64,000 nt of DNA from a bacterium (GCA_029559475.1 JAKQBN010000061.1:3488-67487); one strand, 5' to 3'; numbered from the stretch's first letter, positions 19,416 to 29,439 are shown. Numbers and translations: made by a program. Notes: generated by a model not told the origin, from the sequence alone.

Positions 19416-20804
19416 TTACAGTTTATTGAACCAGCTTTTTTTATCCTTTCTGACTTCAGATGAAGCGTAAACTTTATAATCGGTAAAAATGGTTGTCTGT
19501 CCGTCATAGACTGTTATGACCGAAGTGTTGTATGAAAGTTTGTCCTTGTTCGCGCCTGTGATTAGCTCGACTGATCTTTTCTTGTTCGGTTCGGTCAGCC
19601 CTTCAGCGATAAATGCTTTTAATTTTTCCGTGCAGACGCCGATGTCGCCCGTTATCTCTATTACTGATTCGGTATCGTTTTTGGATATCTCGCCGTTGCT
19701 GAACATGAAATCAGTCCCGGTCAGCCTTATAATTTTAATTTTTTCTTTGTTCTGAAAAACTGCTTTGATAAGTTCGCTGACATTTAATGTCCTGTTGACA
19801 GGAATTGATTCTCCTTTATCGTTCTTTTCATAGAAAACCGCGTCGAGTGAGAAGTCCGCAGCCTCTATTCTAGCGCTTCCGCAGTCAAACTCAGGTTCTT
19901 CCTGTTTGATAGGTTTAACCGGCTCAGAGATTTTTTCTTTCTTAACTTCAGAATTTATTTTTTGATCAGCCTTCTTTTCAGACTTTATAACCTCTGCAAT
20001 GATCTCTTTTTTCTCTTCGCTCTTAACTATAATTTCAGGTTTCTTTTCAGGTTCTTTTTTTACAGTCTCCTGCTTAACTGTTTCCTGTTTCTTTTCTTCT
20101 TTTACTAACGGCTCAGTTTTTATTTCGGCTGTAACAGGTACCACCGTGACAGGAGGATAATTTTCAAGAGTGAAAAACCAGCTTTTTGGATCTCTGAACG
20201 GATCGCTGCCTATGTAGAAACGGTAATCAGGATATAATGAAAAATGATCGTCGAAAAAAGTCAGTTTGGATGAAAAATAAGCGTCGTTGTCGTGGCTTTT
20301 CCCCCATATCCATTCGAGAGAGCTTTTCTGATTTGAAGTTAGGGCTGTATTCTCGATCAGCTCCCTGATCTTATCCTTTGATCTGTACGCAGGTTCTTTT
20401 TCCAAGTCTTTGAACGAATTGTCGGCCAGTGATATTTTTTTCCCGTTTCCGTTGTCTATATCGAGCTTGTTTATCCTTAATATCTTCGCATTTGCTATCA
20501 CATTCGATAAAGAATCAAGTATTTCCGAGATCGTCATGTCCGTTCTGTAATCAAACTCATACTTAAATTTATTTCTTTTATAGACATCAACTCCGAACGG
20601 CCGGAATATCTTTTTAGATGATGATAATTTTTCAAGCAGAGATCTAAGTTCATCCCCTGCATAACGCGATCTGACAGAATCAAGCACGGAGCTTATCTTT
20701 AGCGAATCTGATGTTATTTCGTTGCTTTTCTTTAAATAATCGCCGTCCGACGCAAAAAGCCCGGCCAGCAAAAATAATATTATAGAAACAAGCGCTTTAT
20801 TCAT
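19416..20804 (-). CDS. Hypothetical secreted protein with a Lys/Glu-rich low-complexity repeat region
   Basis: Signal peptide MNKALVSIILFLLAGLFA. Central KQETVKQETVKKEPEKKPEIIVKSEEKKEII repeats. Confidence 0.4.
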   Translation of the reverse strand: MNKALVSIILFLLAGLFASDGDYLKKSNEITSDSLKISSVLDSVRSRYAGDELRSLLEKLSSSKKIFRPFGVDVYKRNKFKYEFDYRTDMTISEILDSLSNVIANAKILRINKLDIDNGNGKKISLADNSFKDLEKEPAYRSKDKIRELIENTALTSNQKSSLEWIWGKSHDNDAYFSSKLTFFDDHFSLYPDYRFYIGSDPFRDPKSWFFTLENYPPVTVVPVTAEIKTEPLVKEEKKQETVKQETVKKEPEKKPEIIVKSEEKKEIIAEVIKSEKKADQKINSEVKKEKISEPVKPIKQEEPEFDCGSARIEAADFSLDAVFYEKNDKGESIPVNRTLNVSELIKAVFQNKEKIKIIRLTGTDFMFSNGEISKNDTESVIEITGDIGVCTEKLKAFIAEGLTEPNKKRSVELITGANKDKLSYNTSVITVYDGQTTIFTDYKVYASSEVRKDKKSWFNKL

Positions 20805-20863
20805 AATGACAGGTAAGTTAATCCGTAAATATAAAAAAGAAAATCAAAATATCGTTGAAACAT

Positions 20864-20886
20864 AAAAAAAGCGGGATAGACCCGCT
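20864..20886 (-). terminator. Rho-independent terminator downstream of the HesB-like gene
   Basis: Minus-strand RNA forms GCGGG-UCUAU-CCCGC followed by a U-run (plus-strand AAAAAAA at 20864-20870). Confidence 0.5.
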
Positions 20887-20890
20887 AATT

Positions 20891-21199
20891 TTATGAGCAC
20901 TCGTTCACATCTTTCAGCTTGAGTGAAAAGCCCGATCCATAAAACCTTTTTTCGTTATAATCGAGAGTAGCACCGCCGTATCTTTTTAAAAACTCCACGC
21001 TTCTCGGATCTACCAAAAATTCGATTTCTGAAATCTTAAGCACGTTATCTTCCGCGCCTTTGTTATCCAAAGCTATACCTAGCCTCGGTCCGCCTCATCC
21101 GATACCGTCAAAATAAACTCTTACGAACTGGTTTTTATTTTCCGGTTTCTCCAGAACTTCTTTCACTTTTACCGCCGCAGTATCTGTTACTATAAGCAT
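20891..21199 (-). CDS. HesB/IscA-like (A-type Fe-S carrier fold) protein with an in-frame TGA at the conserved Cys position: candidate selenocysteine-containing protein
   Basis: ATG at 21199 with GGTGGA RBS. Translation MLIVTDTAAVKVKEVLEKPENKNQFVRVYFDGIG-[TGA 21097..21095]-GGPRLGIALDNKGAEDNVLKISEIEFLVDPRSVEFLKRYGGATLDYNEKRFYGSGFSLKLKDVNECS, stop TAA at 20891. The TGA aligns with the Cys of the GGCSG motif of IscA/ErpA. The frame stays coherent for 67 codons after the TGA. Absent from the ORF track because of the internal TGA. Confidence 0.5.
21067..21088 (-). promoter_or_regulatory. Stem-loop 6 nt downstream of the in-frame UGA (possible bacterial SECIS)
   Basis: mRNA reads UGA GGCGGA CCGAGGCUA-GGUA-UAGCUUUGG. 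The 9-bp stem (two G-U pairs) has a 4-nt loop containing G and U. Confidence 0.35.
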
Positions 21200-21268
21200 T
21201 TCCACCTCAGGGATTTTTTAATTTTACTAAATATAGTATCTTCTATATATCATAGTTGATGATTTTAA

Positions 21269-22543
21269 TCAGATTTTTTCAAATATTTCAACGGGATTTT
21301 CTACTAGAAGCACTTTGTATCCTGTTTTTTCGCTCAGATCATCGGGAGTGATATCGTCTAAGAACTTTCCGTCGTAATTCAATATTGTTGAAGGGATGAG
21401 AAGCAGATCATCTCCGGATTTTGCTTTCCCCACAGATTTTATAATATCTTTCCCTCCCAAAAGCCCCGCTACAGTAACGCTACGACCGAAAAGCATATTC
21501 TCAGCTTTGATAAGTCTGACACTCAGATTTTTTACTTTTTTTAATTCAGGCATAACTATTCTATTCATTATTTCATAAAACAGCTCTCCTGTTACGATCG
21601 TAACAGATGCCTTTTTATTGATCTTCTCAGGGATCGCATCGACCGATTCAAGAAATCTTTCTATAAAATTCCTTGCCGGTCCCACTCCGTCCTCGTACTG
21701 AAGATAATCCTCGTAAAACTCCTCTTCAGGAAGTTCAATTCCTGATGTTATAAAAAATTCATCCGCCGGGAACACGAAGCCGGTACCGGTTTCTTTTTTA
21801 TACTTCTTATTAAGTTTGAAGATAAGCTTTACCGTTTCTGCTGCTATCTCCTTTGTTACAGGCTCTATTTTTGGAAGGTTCTTTCTAAAAGACGTGAGGC
21901 CTACCGGAACAACGGCCACCGATCTGACCATCGGATAAAACCCGCGCATTACCCGAATTGTATCTTCAAGTATCTTTCCGTCATTATATCCGGGACACAT
22001 AACGATCTGGGTATGAAGTTCTATACCGTTATCCGTCAGATACTTCATTTTTTCTAAAAGTTTATCGTCTTTCTTTATGCCGAGAAGTTTTTTTCTGACG
22101 TCGTCGTTCACTGAATGTACCGAAATATATAAAGGACTCAGCTTCATTTTAACAATTCTGTCGAGCTCTTTCGGCGTAATAGTTGTCAGCGTGAAATAAT
22201 TACCGTAAAGGAATGAGAATCTATAGTCCTCATCTTTAACATAAATTGTTTTGCGCATTCCTTTCGGGTTCTGACTTATGAAACAGAAAATGCAGTTGTT
22301 ACCACAATGCCTGATCTTTAGATCTTCTACTTCTATACCGTTGTTGCCGGCGGTTTCGAAAGCTGCTTTATAAGCCCCCGCCTTTCCCTCAACAACAAAT
22401 GACAGTGGTTCGTCCGCACAGTAATAATTAAAATCAATGGCGTCTTCGATCTGTTTGCCGTTAACAGATATCAGGCTGTCGCCTTTTCTGATACCCGCCT
22501 TATAGGAAGGCGAGTTTTTTTCGACCGATACGATTTTTACCAT
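21269..22543 (-). CDS. PDZ-domain radical SAM protein (DUF512 family)
   Basis: N-terminal PDZ (KAGIRKGDSLISVNGKQI) and a CX3CX2C cluster HCGNNCIFCF. Confidence 0.6.
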   Translation of the reverse strand: MVKIVSVEKNSPSYKAGIRKGDSLISVNGKQIEDAIDFNYYCADEPLSFVVEGKAGAYKAAFETAGNNGIEVEDLKIRHCGNNCIFCFISQNPKGMRKTIYVKDEDYRFSFLYGNYFTLTTITPKELDRIVKMKLSPLYISVHSVNDDVRKKLLGIKKDDKLLEKMKYLTDNGIELHTQIVMCPGYNDGKILEDTIRVMRGFYPMVRSVAVVPVGLTSFRKNLPKIEPVTKEIAAETVKLIFKLNKKYKKETGTGFVFPADEFFITSGIELPEEEFYEDYLQYEDGVGPARNFIERFLESVDAIPEKINKKASVTIVTGELFYEIMNRIVMPELKKVKNLSVRLIKAENMLFGRSVTVAGLLGGKDIIKSVGKAKSGDDLLLIPSTILNYDGKFLDDITPDDLSEKTGYKVLLVENPVEIFEKI

Positions 22544-22549
22544 TAAACC

Positions 22550-25441
22550 CTACTTGAAATATTTCGTAAAGGGTGTTTTCCAGCAGTTCTCGATCTGGAC
22601 CATGTCGATATCAATTATCTTTCCTTTGAAATCATAGACTACTGCCGAGTATTTGGAAGTTGTAGTACCTATCTGTACGGCAAGTCCGGTTTCTACAAGC
22701 TCTTCGGCAGATTCGAGATCTTTCATTTCGACAACGAAAGCTGCAGGTACTTCCGCGAACAGGGTCTTAACCTTATCGTTCACGTGAATATTGAAACCTT
22801 TTTTCCCTCCGATCGCCATTTCAGCCAGAGTTATAAGAGCTCCCCCTTCGCTAACGTCCGAAGCGGAAAGAATACTGCCGTTCTGTATGTTATTGTACAT
22901 GAGTTCATAAACATCTTTCGCTGTCTGCATTTTTATTTCGGGAACCCGGGTTCCGAGTTGTCCCAGCCTGTCGAAGAATATCGATCCTCCGAGATGTGCT
23001 GCACTGTAATCGCCGATAAGGAGGATAGGAGAACCTGATCTTTTGAGATCGGGCGAAACAGTCTTTCTCCAGTCATCAGTGACCGCTCTTGCAGAAACGC
23101 ATACAACCGGCGGAATTTCTATAGTAACATCTTTCGATTTGTAGGTTGATGAAAGCGAATCTTTACCTGAAATGATAGGAGTTCCAAAGAATTTGCAGGC
23201 CTCACTCAATGCTACGGCCGTCTGGTACAGGTCGGCAAGATTCGTTTCTGTCGGTTTCGGCCAGATGTGATTCTCTATCAAAAATATTCTTTTCGGGTCT
23301 CCGCCTAATGCTATCACGTTGCTCATAGCTTCATAATATGCCCAAAGAGTTCCTTTATACGGATCGATCCTATTCAGGACGGGATTTAACCCGTGCCCGA
23401 AAATAAGAGCCGCGTCAGAATTCTTTAAAGGTTTCAGGATGCAACCGCCGGTCGGACCGTCGTTCTTCTTTCCGCATAAAGGACCTTCCACGCATGTTCC
23501 CTGCACTCCGTGGTCGTACTGTCGGATCACGGGCTCTTTTGAACAGACATTGAGATGGGAAATTATATCTTTAAAAGCTTCTGTATAATTTATCTCTTCT
23601 TCATAATATTCGCCGTCTTCAAGCCCTGTCTTCGGCTTTGTTGTAGCGGTAATTGTCTCAAGAGGCTGGCCGTCGTGCAGGAACTCCATGTCGAGATCAC
23701 AGACGAGTTCGCCGCCGTCGTAAATGGTCAGCTTTTTTGTGTTCGTCGCCTCGCCGAGCACGAAGAATCCCACGTTATATTTTGCGCACACTTTTTTGAT
23801 CATGTCAAGCTTTTCTTTCGGAACGGCGGCTACCATTCTTTCTTGCGATTCTGATATCCACTTTTCGAATGATGAAAGTCCGGGATATTTTAACGGGATA
23901 TTGTCCAGATGAACAACTGCGCCTGTCTTCTCTCCCATTTCTCCGACCGCTGATGAATATCCGCCCGCGCCGCAGTCTGTGAGCGCGGTGAATACATCCA
24001 TATCGCGGAGTTCTAAAAGGCAGTCGAACATCCTTTTTTCTTCTATCGGATTACCGATCTGAACCGCACCGCTGTTCAGTGACGATGTCTTTTCCGTCAT
24101 TTCGGCTGACGAGAAAGTCGCGCCGTGAATACCGTCCTTGCCTGTTTTTCCTCCGAAGGAAACAAAAAGGTCGCCTTTTCCACATTTACCCTTTTTGGCA
24201 TACTTTATCGGAATTATTCCGTCCGCGCCTACAAGCACTGTCGGTTTAGGTCCGAAATCCTTGTGAAAATGGAATGAACCGTTGTTCGTCGGTATCCCCA
24301 TCCTGTTCCCGTAATCCCTGACGCCTTCTATGACGCCTGTGAGGATCCTTCTCGGGTGAAGACAACCCGGGAACACCTCTTCCTGCTTCATGTCCGGATC
24401 GCCCAGACAGAATACGTCTATTGAAGAAATGTTTTTCGCTCCCTTGCCAGTACCGGCTATGTCCCTTAATACCCCGCCCGTTCCTGTCATTGCTCCGCCG
24501 TAAGGATCGAGCCCTGAAGGAGAATTATGGGTCTCGGCCTTGATACAGATGCCGTATTCCACCCCATCCGCTTCGGCAAATCTGAAAACGCCGGAATTAT
24601 CCTCGAATTTCGAGACCACATCAGGATGCGCGATCGCTTTTTCGGTATCTTTCACAAGCCCTATGATCGATCTTTTTTCCGCGCCGTCTAATATCACTTT
24701 CGCCTTGAAGGTCTTATGCCCGCAATGCTCCGACCATGTCTGGGCTATAGTTTCCAGCTCGACGTCGTATGCGTCCCTTCCGAGTTTTTTATAATAATTC
24801 TGAATAGTTTTCATCTCTTTAAGATTAAGGAAAAGCTTATAATCCGAAGCCTCCATCAGCTCTCTATCGGTCATTGTCCTTATAGGGATCATCTCCGTCT
24901 TTCTCGGTTTAAGGCTGACAGTAAGATCATCGGGCTTTTTTAATAGCTGCATCTGTATCTGGGCGTTCATTAATGACCTGTCCCTGATCGTCTCAAGCTG
25001 AGCAGCACTTAGATCATCTTTAAAGTAATAAGTATATGATATCATCACCGCTTCATGAGCTATCTTTTTATCTTTAAGCTCCTCCGATATTGTTTCCGCT
25101 TCGGGATTCATGACCCCCGGCTGGAACGATATTTCGATCTTCTTCGGATATTCGCTGTAGAATTCTCCGTTCACGATATATTTTTCCGTTATCGGACATG
25201 CAAGTATCTCCGACGCTATCCTTCCGGCATCTTCGGCCGGGATCCCCTGAACGTAAAAGTTCTTGACTATCTTCATGTCTTTGATCTTTATATTGAGAAA
25301 TTCCCTGATCTGATGCGATATGTGCTTTTCTTTAGGATCGCTTACAGCAGGGATCACCGAGATTTTCTGAATGTTTGCCGACATTATGACCTCACATAAA
25401 AAATAAGCCCTAAATATACTGTTTTGCCGGATTCTTTGCAA
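22550..25441 (-). CDS. purL: Phosphoribosylformylglycinamidine synthase (long PurL form, AIR-synthase-related) with N-terminal extension
   Basis: WSEHCGHKTF (PurL SEHCxYK-type motif), SPSGLDPYGGAMTGTGGVLRDI, duplicated AIRS domains, 963 aa. The start may be the internal MSANIQKI rather than the TTG at 25441. Confidence 0.75.
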   Translation of the reverse strand: MQRIRQNSIFRAYFLCEVIMSANIQKISVIPAVSDPKEKHISHQIREFLNIKIKDMKIVKNFYVQGIPAEDAGRIASEILACPITEKYIVNGEFYSEYPKKIEISFQPGVMNPEAETISEELKDKKIAHEAVMISYTYYFKDDLSAAQLETIRDRSLMNAQIQMQLLKKPDDLTVSLKPRKTEMIPIRTMTDRELMEASDYKLFLNLKEMKTIQNYYKKLGRDAYDVELETIAQTWSEHCGHKTFKAKVILDGAEKRSIIGLVKDTEKAIAHPDVVSKFEDNSGVFRFAEADGVEYGICIKAETHNSPSGLDPYGGAMTGTGGVLRDIAGTGKGAKNISSIDVFCLGDPDMKQEEVFPGCLHPRRILTGVIEGVRDYGNRMGIPTNNGSFHFHKDFGPKPTVLVGADGIIPIKYAKKGKCGKGDLFVSFGGKTGKDGIHGATFSSAEMTEKTSSLNSGAVQIGNPIEEKRMFDCLLELRDMDVFTALTDCGAGGYSSAVGEMGEKTGAVVHLDNIPLKYPGLSSFEKWISESQERMVAAVPKEKLDMIKKVCAKYNVGFFVLGEATNTKKLTIYDGGELVCDLDMEFLHDGQPLETITATTKPKTGLEDGEYYEEEINYTEAFKDIISHLNVCSKEPVIRQYDHGVQGTCVEGPLCGKKNDGPTGGCILKPLKNSDAALIFGHGLNPVLNRIDPYKGTLWAYYEAMSNVIALGGDPKRIFLIENHIWPKPTETNLADLYQTAVALSEACKFFGTPIISGKDSLSSTYKSKDVTIEIPPVVCVSARAVTDDWRKTVSPDLKRSGSPILLIGDYSAAHLGGSIFFDRLGQLGTRVPEIKMQTAKDVYELMYNNIQNGSILSASDVSEGGALITLAEMAIGGKKGFNIHVNDKVKTLFAEVPAAFVVEMKDLESAEELVETGLAVQIGTTTSKYSAVVYDFKGKIIDIDMVQIENCWKTPFTKYFK

Positions 25442-25490
25442 GTTTATAAATAATTAAAAAATACCTTATTATTAATTATAATAATTTCTG

Positions 25491-25519
25491 TTGACACGGA
25501 TTTTAACATACTTTATATT
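25491..25519 (+). promoter_or_regulatory. Sigma70-like promoter (TTGACA-N17-TATATT) for arcC and downstream kor genes
   Basis: TTGACA at 25491-25496, -10 TATATT at 25514-25519. The ORF-track start of the next ORF is a TTG inside this promoter, so the true start is downstream. Confidence 0.45.
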
Positions 25520-25547
25520 TTCTTCCTGTTTAATTAAATCTGCAGGG

Positions 25548-26501
25548 ATGCAAATGTACAACAAAAGGGTCGTGATCGCGATCGGGGGCAACTCACTCAC
25601 TCCGACGGACAATTCCAACTGGATAGGTTCCCAGTTCAAGAACACAAGAACAAGCATTGAATCGCTTATTCCGCTTGTAGAAAAAGGATATTCTGTAACC
25701 ATTACTCACGGGAACGGACCGCAGGTCGGCGTAGCTTTAAGAAGGGTCGAAGAGACCAGGGATAAACTTCCCGATATCCCTCTGGGCGTTCTTGTAGCGG
25801 ATACTGAGGGAAGCATGGGCTATATGATCGAACAGTCGCTTCAGAATAAATTATTCGATAAAGGGCTGAAGATCCCTGTTGCTACGATACTGACCCAGGT
25901 TCTCGTGGACCAGAACGATCCGGCGCTCACCAATCCTACTAAATATATCGGCAGCTTCTATACGGAAGAGGAAGCTAAAAAACTTGCCGCTGTGAACGGC
26001 TGGATCGTAAAACAGGACGCTGACAGAGGCTGGAGAAGGGTCGTAGGCTCTCCGAAACCTATAGACATTGTAAACAAAAATATAATAAAACAGCTGCTGG
26101 ATCAGAAAAATATTGTTATAGCTGCAGGCGGAGGCGGAATACCTGTATATCTTGACGAGAAAAAGCATTTTGAAGGCGTGGATGCGGTTATCGACAAAGA
26201 TATGGCGAGCGCTCTACTCGCAAATGAGATCGGAGCTGACGAACTTTTTATTATGACGGCTGTAAGCAAGGTTTCTCTCAATTTTAAGAAACCGGACCAG
26301 GTCGATCTTGATGTAATGACACTGTCCGAAGCTGATAAATATCTGAACGAGGGACATTTCCCCTATGGAAGCATGGGTCCGAAAATGAAGTCGGCCATTA
26401 TGTTTTTAAGGAACGGCGGAAAAAGAGTGATCATTACCGCTATCGATAATCTTATGGACGCTATTGAAGGTAAAGACGGCACAAGCATTGTGCAGGATTA
26501 A
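25548..26501 (+). CDS. arcC: Carbamate kinase
   Basis: MQMYNKRVVIAIGGNSL..., ITHGNGPQVG, GWRRVV(G)SPKP, IAAGGGGIPV. This is a near-canonical carbamate kinase. Confidence 0.85.
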   Translation: MQMYNKRVVIAIGGNSLTPTDNSNWIGSQFKNTRTSIESLIPLVEKGYSVTITHGNGPQVGVALRRVEETRDKLPDIPLGVLVADTEGSMGYMIEQSLQNKLFDKGLKIPVATILTQVLVDQNDPALTNPTKYIGSFYTEEEAKKLAAVNGWIVKQDADRGWRRVVGSPKPIDIVNKNIIKQLLDQKNIVIAAGGGGIPVYLDEKKHFEGVDAVIDKDMASALLANEIGADELFIMTAVSKVSLNFKKPDQVDLDVMTLSEADKYLNEGHFPYGSMGPKMKSAIMFLRNGGKRVIITAIDNLMDAIEGKDGTSIVQD

Positions 26502-26518
26502 CATAAATAAAACTCAGG

Positions 26519-26806
26519 ATGGAAATCACAATGAGTGAAAAAATCAATATCCCGGATCACTACAGAAGATGGGAAGCCGATATAAAGATCGGTAAAAAAG
26601 ACGACCATGTTACGATCGGCTACTGGAGAGACGGCTGTAAAGGTTGTGGAATATGCGTAGACGTATGCCCCAAAAAAGTTTGGGAAATAATCGAAGCGAA
26701 AGACAAGTGGAACGGACAGGTGGTTCAGGTGACTGACGCATCCAAATGCATCAAATGCATGCTTTGCGAGATACACTGCCCGGATTTCTGCATAAAGATC
26801 TATTAA
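26519..26806 (+). CDS. korD: 2-oxoacid:ferredoxin oxidoreductase delta subunit (2x[4Fe-4S] ferredoxin)
   Basis: CKGCGICVDVCP and CIKCMLCEIHCP motifs. First gene of a 4-gene oxidoreductase cluster. Confidence 0.8.
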   Translation: MEITMSEKINIPDHYRRWEADIKIGKKDDHVTIGYWRDGCKGCGICVDVCPKKVWEIIEAKDKWNGQVVQVTDASKCIKCMLCEIHCPDFCIKIY

Positions 26807-26827
26807 AAAATTAAAAGAGGTATAACC

Positions 26828-27961
26828 TTGAAGAAATCAGTACGATTCTACTCCGGAGCGGAACTTGTGGCGATAGCGGCTGTTGATGCCGGCTGCAGGT
26901 TTTTCGGAGGTTATCCTATTACTCCTTCCTCAGAGATAGCTGAAACCATGTCTCTAATGCTGCCTAAGGTCGGAGGAACATACATACAAATGGAGGACGA
27001 AATAGCCGCTATGGGTTCGATTATCGGAGCTTCTCTAGCCGGCGAAAAGGTCCTGACTGCTACCAGCGGTCCCGGATTTTCTCTTAAGCAGGAAAATATC
27101 GGATATGCCTATATGGCTGAAGTTCCATGCGTAATTTGCAATGTTATGCGCGGAGGCCCGTCAACTGGTCTTCCTACAGCTTTGGCTCAGGCTGACATTA
27201 TGCAGGCTAAATGGGGAACCCACGGAGATCATCCCGTAATAGCTTTAACTCCCGCCTATCTTGAAGAAATTTATGAGCTCACTATTAAGGCTTTCAACTT
27301 TGCTGAAATTTACAGAATGCCTATAATGCTGCTTCTCGATGAAGTAATTGCTCACCTGAGTGCTGCGATTGAGCTTCCGGACAAAGAGCGTCTTGTTATC
27401 AAGAACAGAAGAAGACCGACCGTGCCTCCGGAAAAATATTATCCCTACGATACTGCCTACGGAGATGTACCCCCGATGGCTAATTTCTTTGAAGGTTACA
27501 GATTTCATGTAACAGGTTTAAGCCACGATAAGACAGGATTCCCTACTACCGACCCTGAAATTGTACAGGCTGACCAGGAAAGGCACTTGAGAAAGGTGAA
27601 CAGCAAAAAAAGCGAGATCGTTGATTATGAGTATTATAAAATGAAAGATGCTGACATAGTGATCTTCGCCTATGGCTCGACGGCCAGAGCCGCAAGAGTA
27701 GCTGTTGACAATGCCCGCAGTCTCGGAATTAATGTCGGAATGATGAGACTCAGAGTTATATGGCCTCTCCCTGATGCCGAAATATTAAAACTTTGCAGTA
27801 AATCAAAAGCCATAATCATTCCAGAAATGAACATGGGACAATTAAGCGAAGTTATCGAAAGATATGCTGCTGACAGAACTAAAATAATGAGAATAAATCA
27901 TGTAGGCGGGGTTCCGATCCACCCGACAGATATACTCAATGTAATAAAGGAGGCGTTATAA
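26828..27961 (+). CDS. korA: 2-oxoacid:ferredoxin oxidoreductase alpha subunit
   Basis: Pyruvate/2-oxoglutarate:ferredoxin oxidoreductase alpha domain (GGYPITPSSEI...). Overlaps korB by 1 nt. Confidence 0.8.
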   Translation: MKKSVRFYSGAELVAIAAVDAGCRFFGGYPITPSSEIAETMSLMLPKVGGTYIQMEDEIAAMGSIIGASLAGEKVLTATSGPGFSLKQENIGYAYMAEVPCVICNVMRGGPSTGLPTALAQADIMQAKWGTHGDHPVIALTPAYLEEIYELTIKAFNFAEIYRMPIMLLLDEVIAHLSAAIELPDKERLVIKNRRRPTVPPEKYYPYDTAYGDVPPMANFFEGYRFHVTGLSHDKTGFPTTDPEIVQADQERHLRKVNSKKSEIVDYEYYKMKDADIVIFAYGSTARAARVAVDNARSLGINVGMMRLRVIWPLPDAEILKLCSKSKAIIIPEMNMGQLSEVIERYAADRTKIMRINHVGGVPIHPTDILNVIKEAL

Positions 27962-28815
27962 TGGCTTTCGAATATGAAAAATATCTTAGAATGGATAAAA
28001 TACCTCACCTCTGGTGCCCTGGATGCGGGATCGGAGTGGTACTGAAAGCGATGCTGAGAGCCGTTGAGAATATGGGGTGGAACAAGGATGATGTAGCTTT
28101 CGTTTCAGGCATTGGATGTACAAGTAGAGCGCCCGGATACATTGACTGTAACACTCTCCATACTACACACGGAAGAGCTCTTGCTTTCGCAACGGGTATA
28201 AAGCTTGCAAGACCGGCAAAACATGTCGTCATATTCTCAGGCGACGGCGATGCGACAGCTATCGGCGGAAACCACTTTATTCACGCCTGCAGACGAAATA
28301 TTAATATGACGCTCGTCGTCGTTAACAACAACACCTATGGTATGACCGGCGGACAGCATTCCCCGACAACTCCGATAGGCTATAAGACCAGCACTACCGT
28401 TTACGGAAATATCGACCCTACATTCGATATCTGTATGCTGGCGAGAGGAGCCGGAGCATCTTATGTGGCGAGAGCTACTGTGAACAAAGGCAAACAGCTT
28501 GAAAAATATATTACAAAAGGTTTCGAACATAACGGATTTTCTGTTATCGTCGCAACCGCAAACTGCCATACCCAGTTCGGCAGAAAGAACAAGATGGGAG
28601 ATCCGATCTCCGCAAGAAAATGGATAGCCGACAGAGAAATCCCGCTGGAAAAAGCGAGAGAAATGAAGGCTGAAGAGCTCAAAGACAGGGTAATTACCGG
28701 CGAGTTCATTACAGAAGAACCTGAAAAAACAAGATGGGACAACTACAACCACCCCGTACATGAATACACCGAAGCTTATCAAACGATCCGGGATAAAGCT
28801 CAGGAAAAAAAATAA
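27961..28815 (+). CDS. korB: 2-oxoacid:ferredoxin oxidoreductase beta subunit (TPP-binding)
   Basis: WCPGCGIG and the GDGD TPP-binding motif (IFSGDGDATAIGGNH). Confidence 0.85.
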   Translation: MAFEYEKYLRMDKIPHLWCPGCGIGVVLKAMLRAVENMGWNKDDVAFVSGIGCTSRAPGYIDCNTLHTTHGRALAFATGIKLARPAKHVVIFSGDGDATAIGGNHFIHACRRNINMTLVVVNNNTYGMTGGQHSPTTPIGYKTSTTVYGNIDPTFDICMLARGAGASYVARATVNKGKQLEKYITKGFEHNGFSVIVATANCHTQFGRKNKMGDPISARKWIADREIPLEKAREMKAEELKDRVITGEFITEEPEKTRWDNYNHPVHEYTEAYQTIRDKAQEKK

Positions 28816-28833
28816 CAACGACGGAGACATAAT

Positions 28834-29439
28834 ATGAAAACAGAACATTATGAAGCCCGGTTTGCGGGAGTTGGAGGACAGGGCGTTATCCTTGCGGGAA
28901 AAATACTGGCTTACGGTATGGTAAGTTTTGAGGAATGCAAGGCTATTGAAACACCTACATATACCGCTCAAGTAAGAGGCGGAGCCACGAAAGTTGATGT
29001 CGTAATCGATAAAAAGCATATTGAATATCCCAGATCAGAAAATCTCGATTTTTTTCTCTCGCTCCATCAGAAATCCTTCAATATATATTATAAGGAAATA
29101 AAAAAGGATGCGATAGTCGTCGTAGATCCGAACCTTACGCCTAAAGTTCCATCAGAAATACCGCAGAAGCTTGTCGTCGTGGATCTTGTTGAGATAGCTA
29201 AGAAGACAATGGGTAAAACCCTTTACTCTGCAGTCATCGCTGTAGGACTTTTCGCGGGAATGACCGGGATAATATCTGACAGCCATATACAGCAGGCAGT
29301 TCTTGATAATGCGCCGAAAGGGACCGAGATAGATAACCTGAAGGCTGTCAAGATCGGTCTTGAGCTCGGGAAAAAAGCACTTGCATCGAAAGAGCATGTC
29401 GTCAGGCTCACGATAGAAGACGCGAAAATCACGGAATAA
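28834..29439 (+). CDS. korC: 2-oxoacid:ferredoxin oxidoreductase gamma subunit
   Basis: FAGVGGQGVILAGKILA is a gamma-subunit signature. Confidence 0.8.
   Translation: MKTEHYEARFAGVGGQGVILAGKILAYGMVSFEECKAIETPTYTAQVRGGATKVDVVIDKKHIEYPRSENLDFFLSLHQKSFNIYYKEIKKDAIVVVDPNLTPKVPSEIPQKLVVVDLVEIAKKTMGKTLYSAVIAVGLFAGMTGIISDSHIQQAVLDNAPKGTEIDNLKAVKIGLELGKKALASKEHVVRLTIEDAKITE

Noticed and set aside
20891-21199. Alternative explanation of the in-frame TGA as an alternative genetic code (UGA=Trp/Gly)
   Set aside because: Many well-supported genes in the window terminate at TGA (for example the 32009 and 54790 ORFs, and the uORF at 29999), so UGA is a genuine stop here. Recoding as Sec at a conserved Cys is the simpler reading. 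A sequencing error (TGC to TGA) cannot be excluded.
28237-29019. 260-aa minus-strand ORF spanning korB/korC
   Set aside because: Antisense to two well-supported genes of the kor operon.
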